A stretch of 64,000 bases of DNA, taken from the NCBI GenBank assembly GCA_041178225.1, contig JBEGVV010000049.1, forward strand, positions 936-64,935. Reading direction: 5' to 3'. Source of the stretch: Pseudomonadota bacterium (GTDB lineage Bacteria > Pseudomonadota > Alphaproteobacteria > CACIAM-22H2). The notes beneath the pieces were generated by a model, which was not told where the DNA came from, made no database searches, and saw only the letters and a list, made by a program, of their open reading frames with translations. This document shows positions 16,754 through 30,741 of this stretch, in pieces; position 1 is the first letter of the stretch; each line of letters begins with the position of its first letter. The position numbers and the translations under genes are program-made.

Positions 16754-17959
16754 ATGGCTGCGCAAGCACCGAAAGTCCTCGTCGTCGACGACGATCCGGG
16801 CATCGCCGGCCTCCTGGCCGACGCAGCCCGCGCGGCGGGATGCAGCGCCAGCACCCTCAACGACCTTTCGGCCTTCGACGCGGCCTCGCTCTCCTGCGAC
16901 GTGCTCGTCCTCGACCTCATGATGCCCGGCATGGACGGGGTGGAGGCGCTGCGCGCGCTGGCCGCGGCCGGCACGCGCGCGCGCATCGTGCTCGCGAGCG
17001 GCCTCGAGCAGCGGATCATCGACAGCGCCCGGCGGGTCGCGGCGATGCAGGGGCTCGAGGTCGCCGCGGTGCTGCGCAAGCCCTTCAGGCCCGCGGAGAT
17101 CCGCGCCGCGCTCGCGGCCGCGCTCGCGGGAACGGCCGCGCCGCGCACGAGCGCGGCCGGCCAGCGCGCCCTGCCGGTGACGCTCGCGGACCTCGACCGC
17201 GCGATCGAGCGCCACGAGTTCCGCGTCGCGTTCCAGCCCCAGGTCAGGCTCGCGGACGGGGCGTGGATCGGCGTGGAGAGCCTCGCCCGCTGGGACCATC
17301 CCGAGCATGGCCTCCTGATGCCCGGCGCGTTCGTGGCGCTCGCCGAGGGCTCCGACCGCGCACTGCCCTTCACCTACGAGATCATCGCCCGCAGCCTCGA
17401 GGGGCTGCAGGCGATCGGCCGCGACACGGGCTTCGCGGGATGCCTGTCGGTCAACGTCCCTCCCCCGGCGCTCACCGACCACTCGTTCCCGGACCGCGTG
17501 CTCAAGCTCCTGGCCGACAGCGGCGTGCCGGGGGACAGGCTCGTCGTCGAGATCACCGAGACCTCGATCCCGTCCGACCCCGCGCTCTGCCTCGACATCG
17601 AGACCCGGCTGCGCATGCGGGGGATCCGGCTCTCGATCGACGACTTCGGCACCGGCCACTCGAGCCTCGAGCGGCTGCACGACGCGCCCTTCGACGAGAT
17701 GAAGATCGACATGGTCCTCGTGCGCAACGCCGAGCGCGACCCGGGCCTGCGCAAGATCGTCGAGAGCGCGGTCGCCCTCGGCCGCTCCCTGTCTATGACG
17801 ACGGTCGCGGAGGGCGTCGAGACGCCGGAGACCCTGCGCTGGCTCGCGGCGATCGGCTGCGACGTCGCGCAGGGTTTCTACCTCGGGCGGCCCATGGATC
17901 CCGCGGCGCTCGGCACCTGGGCGCAGGGGCGCGGGCCACGCCCCGTCGCCGCGGCCTGA
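16754..17959 (+). CDS. Response regulator with EAL domain (c-di-GMP phosphodiesterase)
   Basis: REC domain (VLVVDDDP...VLDLMMPGMDG) followed by EAL-domain motifs (EFRVAFQPQ, EITE, DDFGTG, MKID). Confidence 0.85.
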   Translation: MAAQAPKVLVVDDDPGIAGLLADAARAAGCSASTLNDLSAFDAASLSCDVLVLDLMMPGMDGVEALRALAAAGTRARIVLASGLEQRIIDSARRVAAMQGLEVAAVLRKPFRPAEIRAALAAALAGTAAPRTSAAGQRALPVTLADLDRAIERHEFRVAFQPQVRLADGAWIGVESLARWDHPEHGLLMPGAFVALAEGSDRALPFTYEIIARSLEGLQAIGRDTGFAGCLSVNVPPPALTDHSFPDRVLKLLADSGVPGDRLVVEITETSIPSDPALCLDIETRLRMRGIRLSIDDFGTGHSSLERLHDAPFDEMKIDMVLVRNAERDPGLRKIVESAVALGRSLSMTTVAEGVETPETLRWLAAIGCDVAQGFYLGRPMDPAALGTWAQGRGPRPVAAA

Positions 17960-17982
17960 AAGCGCATGATGGAGGAGCAACG

Positions 17983-19326
17983 ATGATCGGCCTTCCCCGG
18001 ACGACGGGCCTTGCCCGCCGCGCCCTTCTCGGCGCCGCCGGCGCCCTCGCCCTGCCCGGCGCCTCGCGCGCGCAGTCCCCGGCCAGCACGCCGCGGCGGG
18101 CCCGGCGCCTGCGCATCCTGCAGTGGAACCACTTCGTCCCCGCCTTCGACGACTGGTTCAACAACGTGTTCATCCGCGAGTGGGGCGAGCGCAACGACAC
18201 CGACGTGCAGGTCACCAACATCGGGATGACCGGCATCGAGTCGCGCGCGGAGACCGAGGTCCGCCGCCAGCAGGGACACGACATCTGCATGTTCCTGAGC
18301 CCGCCCGCCTCGTGGGAAGACCACGTGATCGACCACTCGGACATCTACGCCGAATGCGAGCGGCGCTACGGCAAGCCGCTCGAGATCGCGCGGCGCAGCA
18401 CCTACAACCCCGTCACGCGCAAGCACTACGGCTTCTCCGACGCCTATGTCCCGGACCCGATCAACTACCGGAAGGACCTCTGGGAGGAAGCCGGGGTGGT
18501 GCCCTCCTCCTGGGACGCGATCCGCCGCGGCGGCCGCCTCATCAGGCAGAAGCGCGGCATCACCGTCGGCGTCGGGATGTCCGACGAACTCGACAGCAGC
18601 ATGGCGCTGCGCTCCCTCCTGGTCGCCTTCGGCGCCTCGGAGCAGACGGCGGAGAGCCAGCCGAACCTGAAGACCCCGGCCACGCTCGAGGCCCTGAAGT
18701 TCGCGAAGGCGCTCTACCAGGAGGCCATGACCGACGAGGTGTTCTCCTGGGACGCGTCGTCGAACAACCGGCAGATGCTCGCGGGGAACAGCTCGCTGAC
18801 GCTCAACGCGATCTCGATCACCCGGACCGGCGAGGCCGAGAAGATCGCGCTCGCGGACCGGATCATGCTGGCCAAGCCCGCGGCCGGGCCGGCCGCCTCG
18901 CTCGGCATGATGCATCTCATGAACGCCTACGTGGTCTGGAAGTTCTCGCCCAACATCGACGGCGCGCAGCGCTTCCTCGTCGACCTCGCGGGGCAGTCGG
19001 CCGCCGCCTTCGCCGCGAGCGGCTTCTACAACTTCCCCACCTACCCCCAGCTGGTGCCCAACCTCGCGCGCCAGATGTCGCGCGACGCCGCGGGCAGGCC
19101 CGCCGACAAGTACGCGGTGCTCGCGGATGCCGCGGATTGGACGATCAACGTCGGCTATCCCGGGTTCGCGAACGCCGCGATCGACGAGATCTGGAAGGGC
19201 TGGCTCGTGCCGCGGATGTTCGCCGACACCGCGAGCGGGCGGCTCTCGCCGGAGGCCGCGCTCGACCTCTACGCCGCGCAGGCCGCGACGATCCACGCGA
19301 AGTGGCGCGAGCGGGGCAAGGTCTAG
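17983..19326 (+). CDS. Extracellular solute-binding protein (family 1-like) with Tat-type signal
   Basis: GGAGGAG Shine-Dalgarno at 17971. The ATG at 17983 gives MIGLPRTTGLARRALLGAAGALALPGASRA. The upstream part of track ORF 16840..19326 is out-of-context junk. Confidence 0.8.
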   Translation: MIGLPRTTGLARRALLGAAGALALPGASRAQSPASTPRRARRLRILQWNHFVPAFDDWFNNVFIREWGERNDTDVQVTNIGMTGIESRAETEVRRQQGHDICMFLSPPASWEDHVIDHSDIYAECERRYGKPLEIARRSTYNPVTRKHYGFSDAYVPDPINYRKDLWEEAGVVPSSWDAIRRGGRLIRQKRGITVGVGMSDELDSSMALRSLLVAFGASEQTAESQPNLKTPATLEALKFAKALYQEAMTDEVFSWDASSNNRQMLAGNSSLTLNAISITRTGEAEKIALADRIMLAKPAAGPAASLGMMHLMNAYVVWKFSPNIDGAQRFLVDLAGQSAAAFAASGFYNFPTYPQLVPNLARQMSRDAAGRPADKYAVLADAADWTINVGYPGFANAAIDEIWKGWLVPRMFADTASGRLSPEAALDLYAAQAATIHAKWRERGKV

Positions 19327-19328
19327 CC

Positions 19329-20476
19329 ATGCGGCCGAGGCTTCCCATGCTGCCGCGCCGCGGCGCCCTCGCGCTCGCGGGCGCATGCATCGCCGCGCGG
19401 GCCCTGCCCGCGGCCGCCGAGCATGGGCCCGCGCGCACCCACCGCGACGGCCCGCGGCGCATCTTCATCGTCGACAGCTACGACCGCAGCTACATCTGGT
19501 CGCAGCAGACCCAGAGGGGCGTCGCGGCCGCGATGCGGCGGCTGGGCTACCTCCACTCCGAGGACGAGGAGCGCCGCCTCGAGCAGGCGGACGCGCTCGA
19601 GACGAGCCATGTCTCGATCCGCAAGGCGTGGATGGATACCAAGCGGCGCAACGGCAGGACGGACATCGCCCGCGCGACCGCGCGCATCATGGCGGAGATC
19701 CAGGCCTACCGGCCCCACCTCGTCATGCTCGGCGACGACAACGCCGCGAACTTCATCGGCAACCAGCTGCTCGACACGCAGCTTCCCGCCGTCTTCTGGG
19801 GCGTCAACGGCCTGCCGCTGAAGTACGGCCTTGTACAGCGCATCGACGCGCCGGGCCGCAACGTCACCGGCGTCTGGCAATCGGGCTACCACAAGGAGAG
19901 CCTCGACCTGCTGAAGAAGCTCGTGCCGGGAGCGCAGACCTTCGCCATCCTCGCCTGCGATTCGGAGACGACGCGGCCGAGCATCAAGATGCTCGAGGAA
20001 CTCGCGGCGCGCGGCACGCTCCCGCTGCGGCTCGTCGGCAAGGTGGCGACCAACTCCTACGCGCTCTGGAAGGAGCGCGCGCTGGACTTCGCCTCCCGCG
20101 TCGACGCGATGTTCGTGCTCAACCACGACACGCTGCGCGACGACGACGGAGGCCATGTCGACATGCTCGCGGCCGGCCGCTGGTACCTCGAGAACATCCG
20201 GATCCCCGAGGCATCCCAGGAGGACCAGTTCGTCCTCGAGGGCATGCTGCTGACGGCCAACGATTCCGGCTTCAACCAGGGCCACCTCGCGTTCGAGATG
20301 GCGCACGACATCCTCCACAAGGGGCTGTCGCCGGCGCGCATGGCCGTGCGCACGCCCGAACGCGGCCCGTACATGGTCAACCGCAACCGCGCGACCCAGC
20401 TCGGCATCGACCTCGAGGACGCGATGTACCTGATCGACGAGATCGTGGACACCTCGCGCGCCCTCGGCGACGGCTG

Positions 20477-20477
<1 letters not shown>
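19329..20477 (+). CDS. ABC_sub_bind-type (BMP/PF04392-like) substrate-binding protein
   Basis: The ATG at 19329 is 2 nt after the preceding stop. Signal peptide. IFIVDSYDRSYIWSQQ...VMLGDDNAANF resembles sensor-associated ABC substrate-binding proteins. Confidence 0.65.
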
Positions 20478-23029
<2,552 letters not shown>

Positions 23030-23090
23030 GTCGGCGGGCGGGAATTGCCTGCGCCGCCCGGCTGGTCTAGGTGGACGCGCTCCGGACGTC

Positions 23091-23819
23091 ATGGCGCGGG
23101 GCCACATGCGGCGAATCTGCATCCTCGAGAACGACACGATCTCGCAGCGGATCGTCCCCGGCCTCCCGCGCTTCGCCACGCTCTACGAACGCCTGCTGCG
23201 CGAGGGCGGCGGCGGAGACTGGAGCTTCGAGGCCTTCCACGTGCCAGCCGGCGAGTACCCGGCGAGCTTCGACGGGTTCGACGCCATCGTCCTCACGGGC
23301 AGCCGCCACGATGCCTTCGGCGACGATCCGTGGATCGTCGACCTGCGCGCGCGCGTGCGCGCCCTGGTCGACGCGCGCCGCAAGGTGGTGGGCATCTGCT
23401 TCGGGCACCAGCTCGTGGCGCATTGCCTCGGCGCTCCTGTCGGGCGCGCGCCCGGCGGCTGGCACGCCGGGCGCTTCGACTACGACTGGCACGGACCGGT
23501 CGCGGGCGCCGGTGCGCTGCCGTCGCGCCTTGGCCTGCATGCCGTCCACCAGGACCAGGTCCTCGCGCTGCCGGAAGGCGCGCGCCTCCTCGCCTCCAGC
23601 CCGACCTGCCCCGTCGCCGCCTTCGCGCTCGGCGACCACGTGCTCGCGATGCAGCAGCACCCGGAATTCGATGGCGGGATCGTCGCCAACCTGCTCGAGC
23701 TGCTGCGCCCCGCGCTCGGCGAGGATGCCTACGCGACCGGCCGGCGCAGCCTCGCGCCCAGCCACGACGGCGCGCGGCTGGGCGTGGCGATCGCGTCCTT
23801 CGTCGCCGCGACGGGCTAG
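23091..23819 (+). CDS. Class I glutamine amidotransferase-like protein
   Basis: GICFGHQ (nucleophile Cys) and QQHPEF (His/Glu) motifs. Start at the ATG at 23091, or alternatively 23106. Confidence 0.8.
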   Translation: MARGHMRRICILENDTISQRIVPGLPRFATLYERLLREGGGGDWSFEAFHVPAGEYPASFDGFDAIVLTGSRHDAFGDDPWIVDLRARVRALVDARRKVVGICFGHQLVAHCLGAPVGRAPGGWHAGRFDYDWHGPVAGAGALPSRLGLHAVHQDQVLALPEGARLLASSPTCPVAAFALGDHVLAMQQHPEFDGGIVANLLELLRPALGEDAYATGRRSLAPSHDGARLGVAIASFVAATG

Positions 23820-25309
23820 CGCGCGGCGAAGCGCGCGTCGCCCTCGAGCGGGTAGAGCGGCACGCGACGGTTGCGGTAGGCGAAGGTCGACAGGTCGGCC
23901 GTCGTCACGCCGGCCGTCGCGACCCAGATCATCTCCCGCGCGATGGGCTCCATCGCCGGCCGCGGCGAGTGGACGCCCTTGGCGACGATGACCTTCATGC
24001 GCGTCGGCTCGATGCCGATCGAGCGGAACTGCTGCAGGCTCGAGGAGCCCGCGGGCTCGGTGGTCAGCAGGATCGCGTAGCCGTCGTCGGTCGCGATCGC
24101 GGCGCTGGGGCCGTCGTCGTAGAACCGGAAGCCGCCATGGCTGGGGCCCGTCTCCTCGTAGCGGCCGTCGGACAGGCCGGTTACCACGCCCTCCACCGCG
24201 AAGGGCGCGCCATGCCGCCCATCGATCCGTCCGCCGACGGCGATCCGCACGCGCCCGCCGACGCCGGCCGCCTGGCAGGCCCTGACGCCCTCGGCGTCGC
24301 ATAGCCCCTGCAGCAGGTCGCGCACGCCAAGCCGCCGCGCGGCATGGAGGATGAAAGTCGAATCCCCGGGGCTTCCGCCGCCGACATTGTCGCCGACGTC
24401 GAAGAGCACGACCGGCCCCGCGGGCGCGGCCTTCGCGCGGGCGAGCGCCTCCTCGACCGGCGTGCCGCCCTGGTTGAGCGCCGCGCGCAGCGACCAGGCC
24501 GCCTGCGCGAGCCGCTCGGCGACGTCGTCGGCGAGCGCCTGGTCGCCATCGGCGACGGCGACGAAGGACATCCCCATCTCCGCGACGTCCGCGTAGGGAT
24601 AGCCCTCGACGACGCTGACGGAGAGGACGCCCGGGCGCGCGCGCTGCACGGCGGCGACGCGCAGCAGCTCGGACATCGGGTGGTCGCTCGTGCCCTGGTT
24701 CAGGATGTTCACGAGCACCGGCGGCATGCGCAGCGCCGAGCGCGGCCGGACCTCGCCGCGAACCATCCGGACCACGAGGCGCGCGCAATGCAGCGCCTGC
24801 TCGCGCGCGTCGACATGCGGGTTCGTCTGGTAGACCGTCGTGACATCCGCGTTGGCGACCATCTGCGGCGAGATGTTGGCGTGCATGTCGAGCGCGAGCC
24901 CGATCGGCACCTTCGGGCCGACCAGCGCGCGCACGCGGCGCACGAGCTCGCCATCGGCGTCGGGCCATGTCTCGGAGACCGCCGCGCCGTGCTGGGGCAG
25001 CAGCACCGCGTCCCAGGGGCCGCCGTCGCGGATCGCCCCGACGATCCGGTCGAGGATGTGGGAGATCGCCTCGTGCGTCATGGCGCCCATCGGCGTCAGT
25101 CGGGTGAAGACCAGCGGCACCAGCTCGACCTCCGGGTCCTCCTTCGCGGCCGCGAAGAAGCCCGCGAGCGTCGACTGCGAGCTCTCGTACTCGGCGCGGA
25201 TCGCGTCGCCCTCGAGGATGCCCGAGGCGCGCCAGCGGTCGAGGCTCGCCGGCACCGTCGAGAAGGTGTTGGATTCGTGCTGGAAGCCCGCCGTGGCGAT
25301 ACGGATCAT
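23816..25309 (-). CDS. M81 family metallopeptidase (MlrC-like)
   Basis: The ATG at 25309 is preceded by GGAGGG. The N-terminus MIRIATAGFQHESNTF is the hallmark of the MlrC/DUF1485 family. Confidence 0.8.
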   Translation of the reverse strand: MIRIATAGFQHESNTFSTVPASLDRWRASGILEGDAIRAEYESSQSTLAGFFAAAKEDPEVELVPLVFTRLTPMGAMTHEAISHILDRIVGAIRDGGPWDAVLLPQHGAAVSETWPDADGELVRRVRALVGPKVPIGLALDMHANISPQMVANADVTTVYQTNPHVDAREQALHCARLVVRMVRGEVRPRSALRMPPVLVNILNQGTSDHPMSELLRVAAVQRARPGVLSVSVVEGYPYADVAEMGMSFVAVADGDQALADDVAERLAQAAWSLRAALNQGGTPVEEALARAKAAPAGPVVLFDVGDNVGGGSPGDSTFILHAARRLGVRDLLQGLCDAEGVRACQAAGVGGRVRIAVGGRIDGRHGAPFAVEGVVTGLSDGRYEETGPSHGGFRFYDDGPSAAIATDDGYAILLTTEPAGSSSLQQFRSIGIEPTRMKVIVAKGVHSPRPAMEPIAREMIWVATAGVTTADLSTFAYRNRRVPLYPLEGDARFAAR

Positions 25310-25465
25310 GCCCCTGTCCCTCCCCTGGACGACGGCGAGGATGCACCGCCGCGCGTGCGTCGGCAAAGCGCGCGGACGGGCCGGTTCGCGCGGCGAAACA
25401 GGGGATGCAGCGTTTCACCGCCGCGGGATAGCCTGAGGGCCGTTTTCCATCGGGGGAGGGAAGGC

Positions 25466-27028
25466 ATGTACGAACCGGCTCATGGCGTCGCCATTCTCGC
25501 GCGGCGCGACGCGCTCAGGCTCGCGCTCGCCACCGGGGCGCTCGGGCTCGCCGGCCCGGCTCTCGCCCAGGGTGCACCCAGGCGAGGGGGCAGGCTGACC
25601 ATCGGCGCCGACGCCGACCCGATCGGCCTCGACCCGGTCACCATCACGGCCTTCTCGTCCTACGACTTCACCTCGCTGCTCTATACCGGCCTGCTGCGCT
25701 GGAACGCGGAGATGAAGGTCGAGCCGGACCTCGCCACGGGCTTCGAGCAGCCCGACGACAGGACCTATGTCTTCCGGCTGCGCGACGGCGTGAAGTTCCA
25801 CAACGGCCAGGCCTTCGACGCCGGGGACGTCAAGCACACCTTCGACCGCATCCTGGCCCCGGCCAGCGCCAGCCCGAGCGCGACGATCTTCGCGAGCGTG
25901 AAGTCGGTGACGGTCGTCGACCGGCTCACCGTGCGCTTCGACCTGCACGCGCCGAGCGCCGCGTTCCTGAGCTACCTCGCCACCAACCCGACCGGGGCGA
26001 TCGTGCCGCGCGGCGTCGAGGGGCTGAACACCGCTCCCGTCGGCACCGGGCCCTTCTCCTTCGTGTCCTACGAGCCGAACCAGCAATTCGTCCTCAAGGG
26101 CAATCCCGACTACTACGAGCGCGGGCAGCCCTATCTCGACCAGGTCGTCTTCCGCTTCTTCAAGGACCAGGCCTCGCTGACCTCGGCGCTGCGCTCGCGC
26201 GCGATCGACATGACCTGGTTCAAGGACCCGAAGGTCTCCGCGCAGGTCGTGCGCACCTCGCCGGACCTGGTCTCCGCGCCCGGCAAGACGACGCGCACCT
26301 TCCCGGTCTGGATCAACATGAAGGCGCCGCCGCTCTCCGACGTGCGCGTGCGCCGCGCGCTCAGCCTCGCCACCGACCGCGCCGCCTGCCTGCAGACCGT
26401 GCTCGGCGGCTCGGGCAAGGTCGCCGCGATGGTGCCGGAGAGCCATGTCGGCGGGTACGACGGCGTCGGCGAGATGCCCTACTACAGGACCGACGCCGCG
26501 GCGGCGCGCAGGCTGCTCGCCGAGGCGGGCCACCCGAACGGCATCGACCTCGGCGACTACCTCGTGGTCGCGGCCAACCCGCTCGACGTCGCCTGCGCCC
26601 AGATCCTGCAGCAGCAATGGGCGGCGGCAGGCATCAAGGTCGCGATCAAGCCGATGGAGACCGCGCCGCTGATCGCGATGTGGCTCAAGGGCGAGTACCC
26701 GACGCTGCTGTCGGTCGCCCTGAGCTGGAGCCCGGATCCCGACGCCATCGTCTCGCGCATCAGCTCGATGCACCCGCAAGGCAAGGGCGCGGGCATGGCC
26801 GACGCCACCCTGGACGCGATGATCGTCGCGGCGCGCAGCATCCTCGACCGCGGCAAGCGGGCCGAGGCCTACATGGCGATCCAGCGCCACGTCGCCGAGA
26901 ACGCCTACTGCCTCGACATCTACCAGTACCCGCTGCGCTGGGAGGCGTGGTGGAGCTACGCCAAGGGCTACGTGCCGCTCGCGGCCAACATCCGCAGCTT
27001 CGTGCGCACGGCCTGGATCGACAAGTGA
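25466..27028 (+). CDS. ABC transporter substrate-binding protein, peptide/nickel family 5
   Basis: Shine-Dalgarno GGGAGGGAAGG. Tat-like signal. RGGRLTIGADADPIGLDP and NPDYYERGQPYLD are typical of DppA/OppA-like proteins. Confidence 0.85.
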   Translation: MYEPAHGVAILARRDALRLALATGALGLAGPALAQGAPRRGGRLTIGADADPIGLDPVTITAFSSYDFTSLLYTGLLRWNAEMKVEPDLATGFEQPDDRTYVFRLRDGVKFHNGQAFDAGDVKHTFDRILAPASASPSATIFASVKSVTVVDRLTVRFDLHAPSAAFLSYLATNPTGAIVPRGVEGLNTAPVGTGPFSFVSYEPNQQFVLKGNPDYYERGQPYLDQVVFRFFKDQASLTSALRSRAIDMTWFKDPKVSAQVVRTSPDLVSAPGKTTRTFPVWINMKAPPLSDVRVRRALSLATDRAACLQTVLGGSGKVAAMVPESHVGGYDGVGEMPYYRTDAAAARRLLAEAGHPNGIDLGDYLVVAANPLDVACAQILQQQWAAAGIKVAIKPMETAPLIAMWLKGEYPTLLSVALSWSPDPDAIVSRISSMHPQGKGAGMADATLDAMIVAARSILDRGKRAEAYMAIQRHVAENAYCLDIYQYPLRWEAWWSYAKGYVPLAANIRSFVRTAWIDK

Positions 27029-27093
27029 ACGGCGATGCGGCCGGCGCCTGAGCGGGCGCCGGCGACCGGGACGGCGACGGGAGGCGGGGCGCC

Positions 27094-28038
27094 ATGATGC
27101 GCATGGTGGCGCTGCGCCTCCTGCTCACCCTGCCGATCCTGCTGGGCGTGTCGATCGTCGCCTTCGTGCTGATGCGCGCCCTGCCCGGCGACTTCGCGCA
27201 GGCCTCGGCCGGCACCACGACGATCTCGCCCGAGGCGCTCGACCAGCTCCGGCGCAACCTCGGCCTCGACCGGCCCGTCTGGGAGCAATACCTCGCCTGG
27301 CTCGCGCGCGCCCTGTCCGGCGACCTCGGCACGTCCTTCGCGACGAAGCGCCCCGTCCTGGGCGAGCTCGTGCCGCGCTTCATGGTGACCGCCGAGCTGA
27401 CGCTGGTCGCCGGCGGCATGGCCCTCGCCCTCGGCGGCGCCACCGGCCTCGCCTCGGCGCGCCTGCGCGGGCGCGTGGAATGGATCGTGCGGGGCTGGAA
27501 CAGCCTGCTGCTCGCCGTGCCCAACTTCGTCGTCGCGACGCTGGTCGTCCTGCTCTTCGGCCTCTACTTCCCGACCATCGGCATCTTCAACTACGTGCCC
27601 TTCGCGACCGACCCTCTGGGCAACCTCGCGAGCATGGTCCTGCCCGGGATCTCGCTCGCGCTGACGGTGTCGGTGACGATCTCGGAGAACACGCGCGCGG
27701 CCATCCTCGAGGTCGCGAGCCAGGACTACGTCATGGTGGCCCGCGCAAAGGGACTGTCGCGCGGCACGATCCTGCGCGACTACCTCGGGCGCAACGCGCT
27801 GACGCCGGTGATCACGGTCGCCGGGCTGCAGCTCGCGGCGCTGCTCGGCGGCTCGATCCTCATCGAGACGATCTTCACCATCCCCGGCATGGGCCAGTAC
27901 CTCTTCGACTCCGTCACGACCCGCGACTACCCGGCGATCCAGGGCATCGTCCTCGTCGCCGCGACGGTGGTCCTGCTGGTCAACGTCGCGGTCGACATCG
28001 CCTATGCGCGCGTCGACGCCAGGGTCTCCTATGATTGA
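27094..28038 (+). CDS. ABC transporter permease (DppB-like)
   Basis: 314 aa with six TM helices. The N-terminus LLLTLPILLGVSIVAFVLMRALPGD and an EAA-type loop are present. Confidence 0.85.
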   Translation: MMRMVALRLLLTLPILLGVSIVAFVLMRALPGDFAQASAGTTTISPEALDQLRRNLGLDRPVWEQYLAWLARALSGDLGTSFATKRPVLGELVPRFMVTAELTLVAGGMALALGGATGLASARLRGRVEWIVRGWNSLLLAVPNFVVATLVVLLFGLYFPTIGIFNYVPFATDPLGNLASMVLPGISLALTVSVTISENTRAAILEVASQDYVMVARAKGLSRGTILRDYLGRNALTPVITVAGLQLAALLGGSILIETIFTIPGMGQYLFDSVTTRDYPAIQGIVLVAATVVLLVNVAVDIAYARVDARVSYD

Positions 28039-28857
28039 GGCCTTCCGCCGCCCCGGCCAGCGCGGCCGCACGATGGTGGCCATCGGGCTGGCGATGCTGC
28101 TCGTGCTGCTGCTGGTCGTCGCGCTCGGCCCCTCGATCGCGCCCTACGATCCCACGCGCACCTCGCCGGATTCGCTCGCGGGGCCCAGCGCCGCCCACCT
28201 GCTCGGCACGGACTCGATCGGGCGCGACCTGCTCAGCCGCCTGATCGTCGGGGGCCGCGGGACGCTGCTGATCACCTTCGTCGCGGTCGCGATGGCGCTG
28301 TCGGCGGGCCTCGTGCTCGGCCTGGCGTCGGGCTATGTCGGCGGCAAGCTCGACCTCGTGGTCATGCGCGTGCTCGACGTGGTCTTCGCCTTCCCCGTCT
28401 TCCTGCTGGCGATCGCCGTGGTCGCCGCGCTCGGGCCGACGGTGCGCAACCTCGTCATCACCATCGCCATCGTCTATACGCCGACCATGGCGCGCGTCGT
28501 CCGCGGGCCGGTGCTGGGCGTCAAGCGCTGGGACCATGTCGAGGCCGCGCGCAGCGTCGGCGTGGGCGAGCTGTCCATCGCGCTGCGCCACGTCCTGCCC
28601 CTGGTCGTCTCTCCGATCCTGGTGCAGACCAGCCTCACGCTCGCGAACACGATCTTCACCGTCACCGCGCTGTCCTTCCTCGGCCTCGGCCCGCCGCCGC
28701 CGGACCCCAACTGGGGGAGCATGCTCGCCGACGCGCGGCAGTTCATGGAGCTTGCGCCGCTCACGGTCGTCGCCCCGGCCTGCGCCATCGTCTTCGCGTC
28801 CCTCACCTTCGTCGTGCTGGCGAACGGCCTGCGCGAGCTCCTCGACGTGGGTGGCCG

Positions 28858-28861
<4 letters not shown>
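28031..28861 (+). CDS. ABC transporter permease (DppC-like)
   Basis: The ATG at 28031 overlaps the preceding stop (ATGATTGA). [15 protein letters not shown] is typical of DppC/OppC. Confidence 0.8.
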
Positions 28862-29678
<817 letters not shown>

Positions 29679-29682
<4 letters not shown>

Positions 29683-30683
29683 CCGGGCGCGCGACGCCGC
29701 CGGCCGGGCCGCTGCTGAGCGTGCGCGACCTGCAGGTCACCTTCCCGGCGCGGCGCGGCCGGCCGCCGGTGCGCGCGGTCGACGGCGTCTCCTTCGACAT
29801 CGCCGCCGGCGAGACGCTCGGGCTGGTCGGCGAGTCCGGCTCGGGCAAGACCACGACCGGGCGCGCGATCCTCCAGCTCCAGCCCGCGAGCGGCGGGTCG
29901 GTGCGCCTGCTCGGGCGCGAGTTGGGCGGGCTCGGCGCGCGCGAGATGCGCGCGATGCGCCGCCACATGCAGTTCGTCCTCCAGAACCCCTATTCGAGCC
30001 TGCATCCGCGCATGACGGTGGCGCGCATCCTCGCGGAGCCGCTGGCCGTGCATCGCACGGTGGCAAGGCAGGACGTGCCCGCGCGCATCGCCGAGCTGCT
30101 GCGGCTGGTCGGCCTCGACCCCGCGATGGCGGCGCGCTACCCGCACGAGTTCTCGGGCGGGCAGCGCCAGCGCATCGTCATCGCGCGCGCCCTCGCGGTG
30201 GATCCCGGCTTCGTCGTCTGCGACGAACCGGTCTCGGCGCTCGACGTGCGCACGCAGGCGCAGATCGTCGACCTGCTGCGCGGGCTGCAGGAGCGCCTTG
30301 GCCTGTCCTGCCTGTTCATCGCCCACGACCTCGCCGTGGTGCGCAGCGTCGCGCACCGCGTGGCGGTGATGTATGCCGGTCGCATCGTCGAGATCGGCGA
30401 CGCGGCGCGCGTCTATGCCTCGCCCGTGCATCCCTACACGCGCAACCTCCTGGACTCGGTTCCGGTCCCCGACCCGGCGAGGCAGCGCGCGCGACTTGCC
30501 GCGCCCTTCGTCGAGCCAGATTTCCGCGGCCGCGAGGGCGTCGCCGGCCCCTGCCCGTTCGGCGAGGACCACGCGGCGACCGGGACGCCGGAGATGCACG
30601 AGGTGGCGCCCGGCCACCTCGTCTCGTGCAGGTTCTGGCCGCCCGGGGAGCATCCCCCGCGCAGCCTCCCTGCGTGCCGGTGA
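29679..30683 (+). CDS. ABC transporter ATP-binding protein (DppF-like)
   Basis: Walker A GESGSGKT, signature FSGGQRQR and Walker [12 protein letters not shown], plus an oligopeptide-type C-terminal extension. Confidence 0.9.
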
Positions 30684-30741
30684 GGTCCTTGCCGGGCCAG
30701 GCGCGCGGCGCGAACATGCGCCGACAAGGCGGAGGCCGCGG

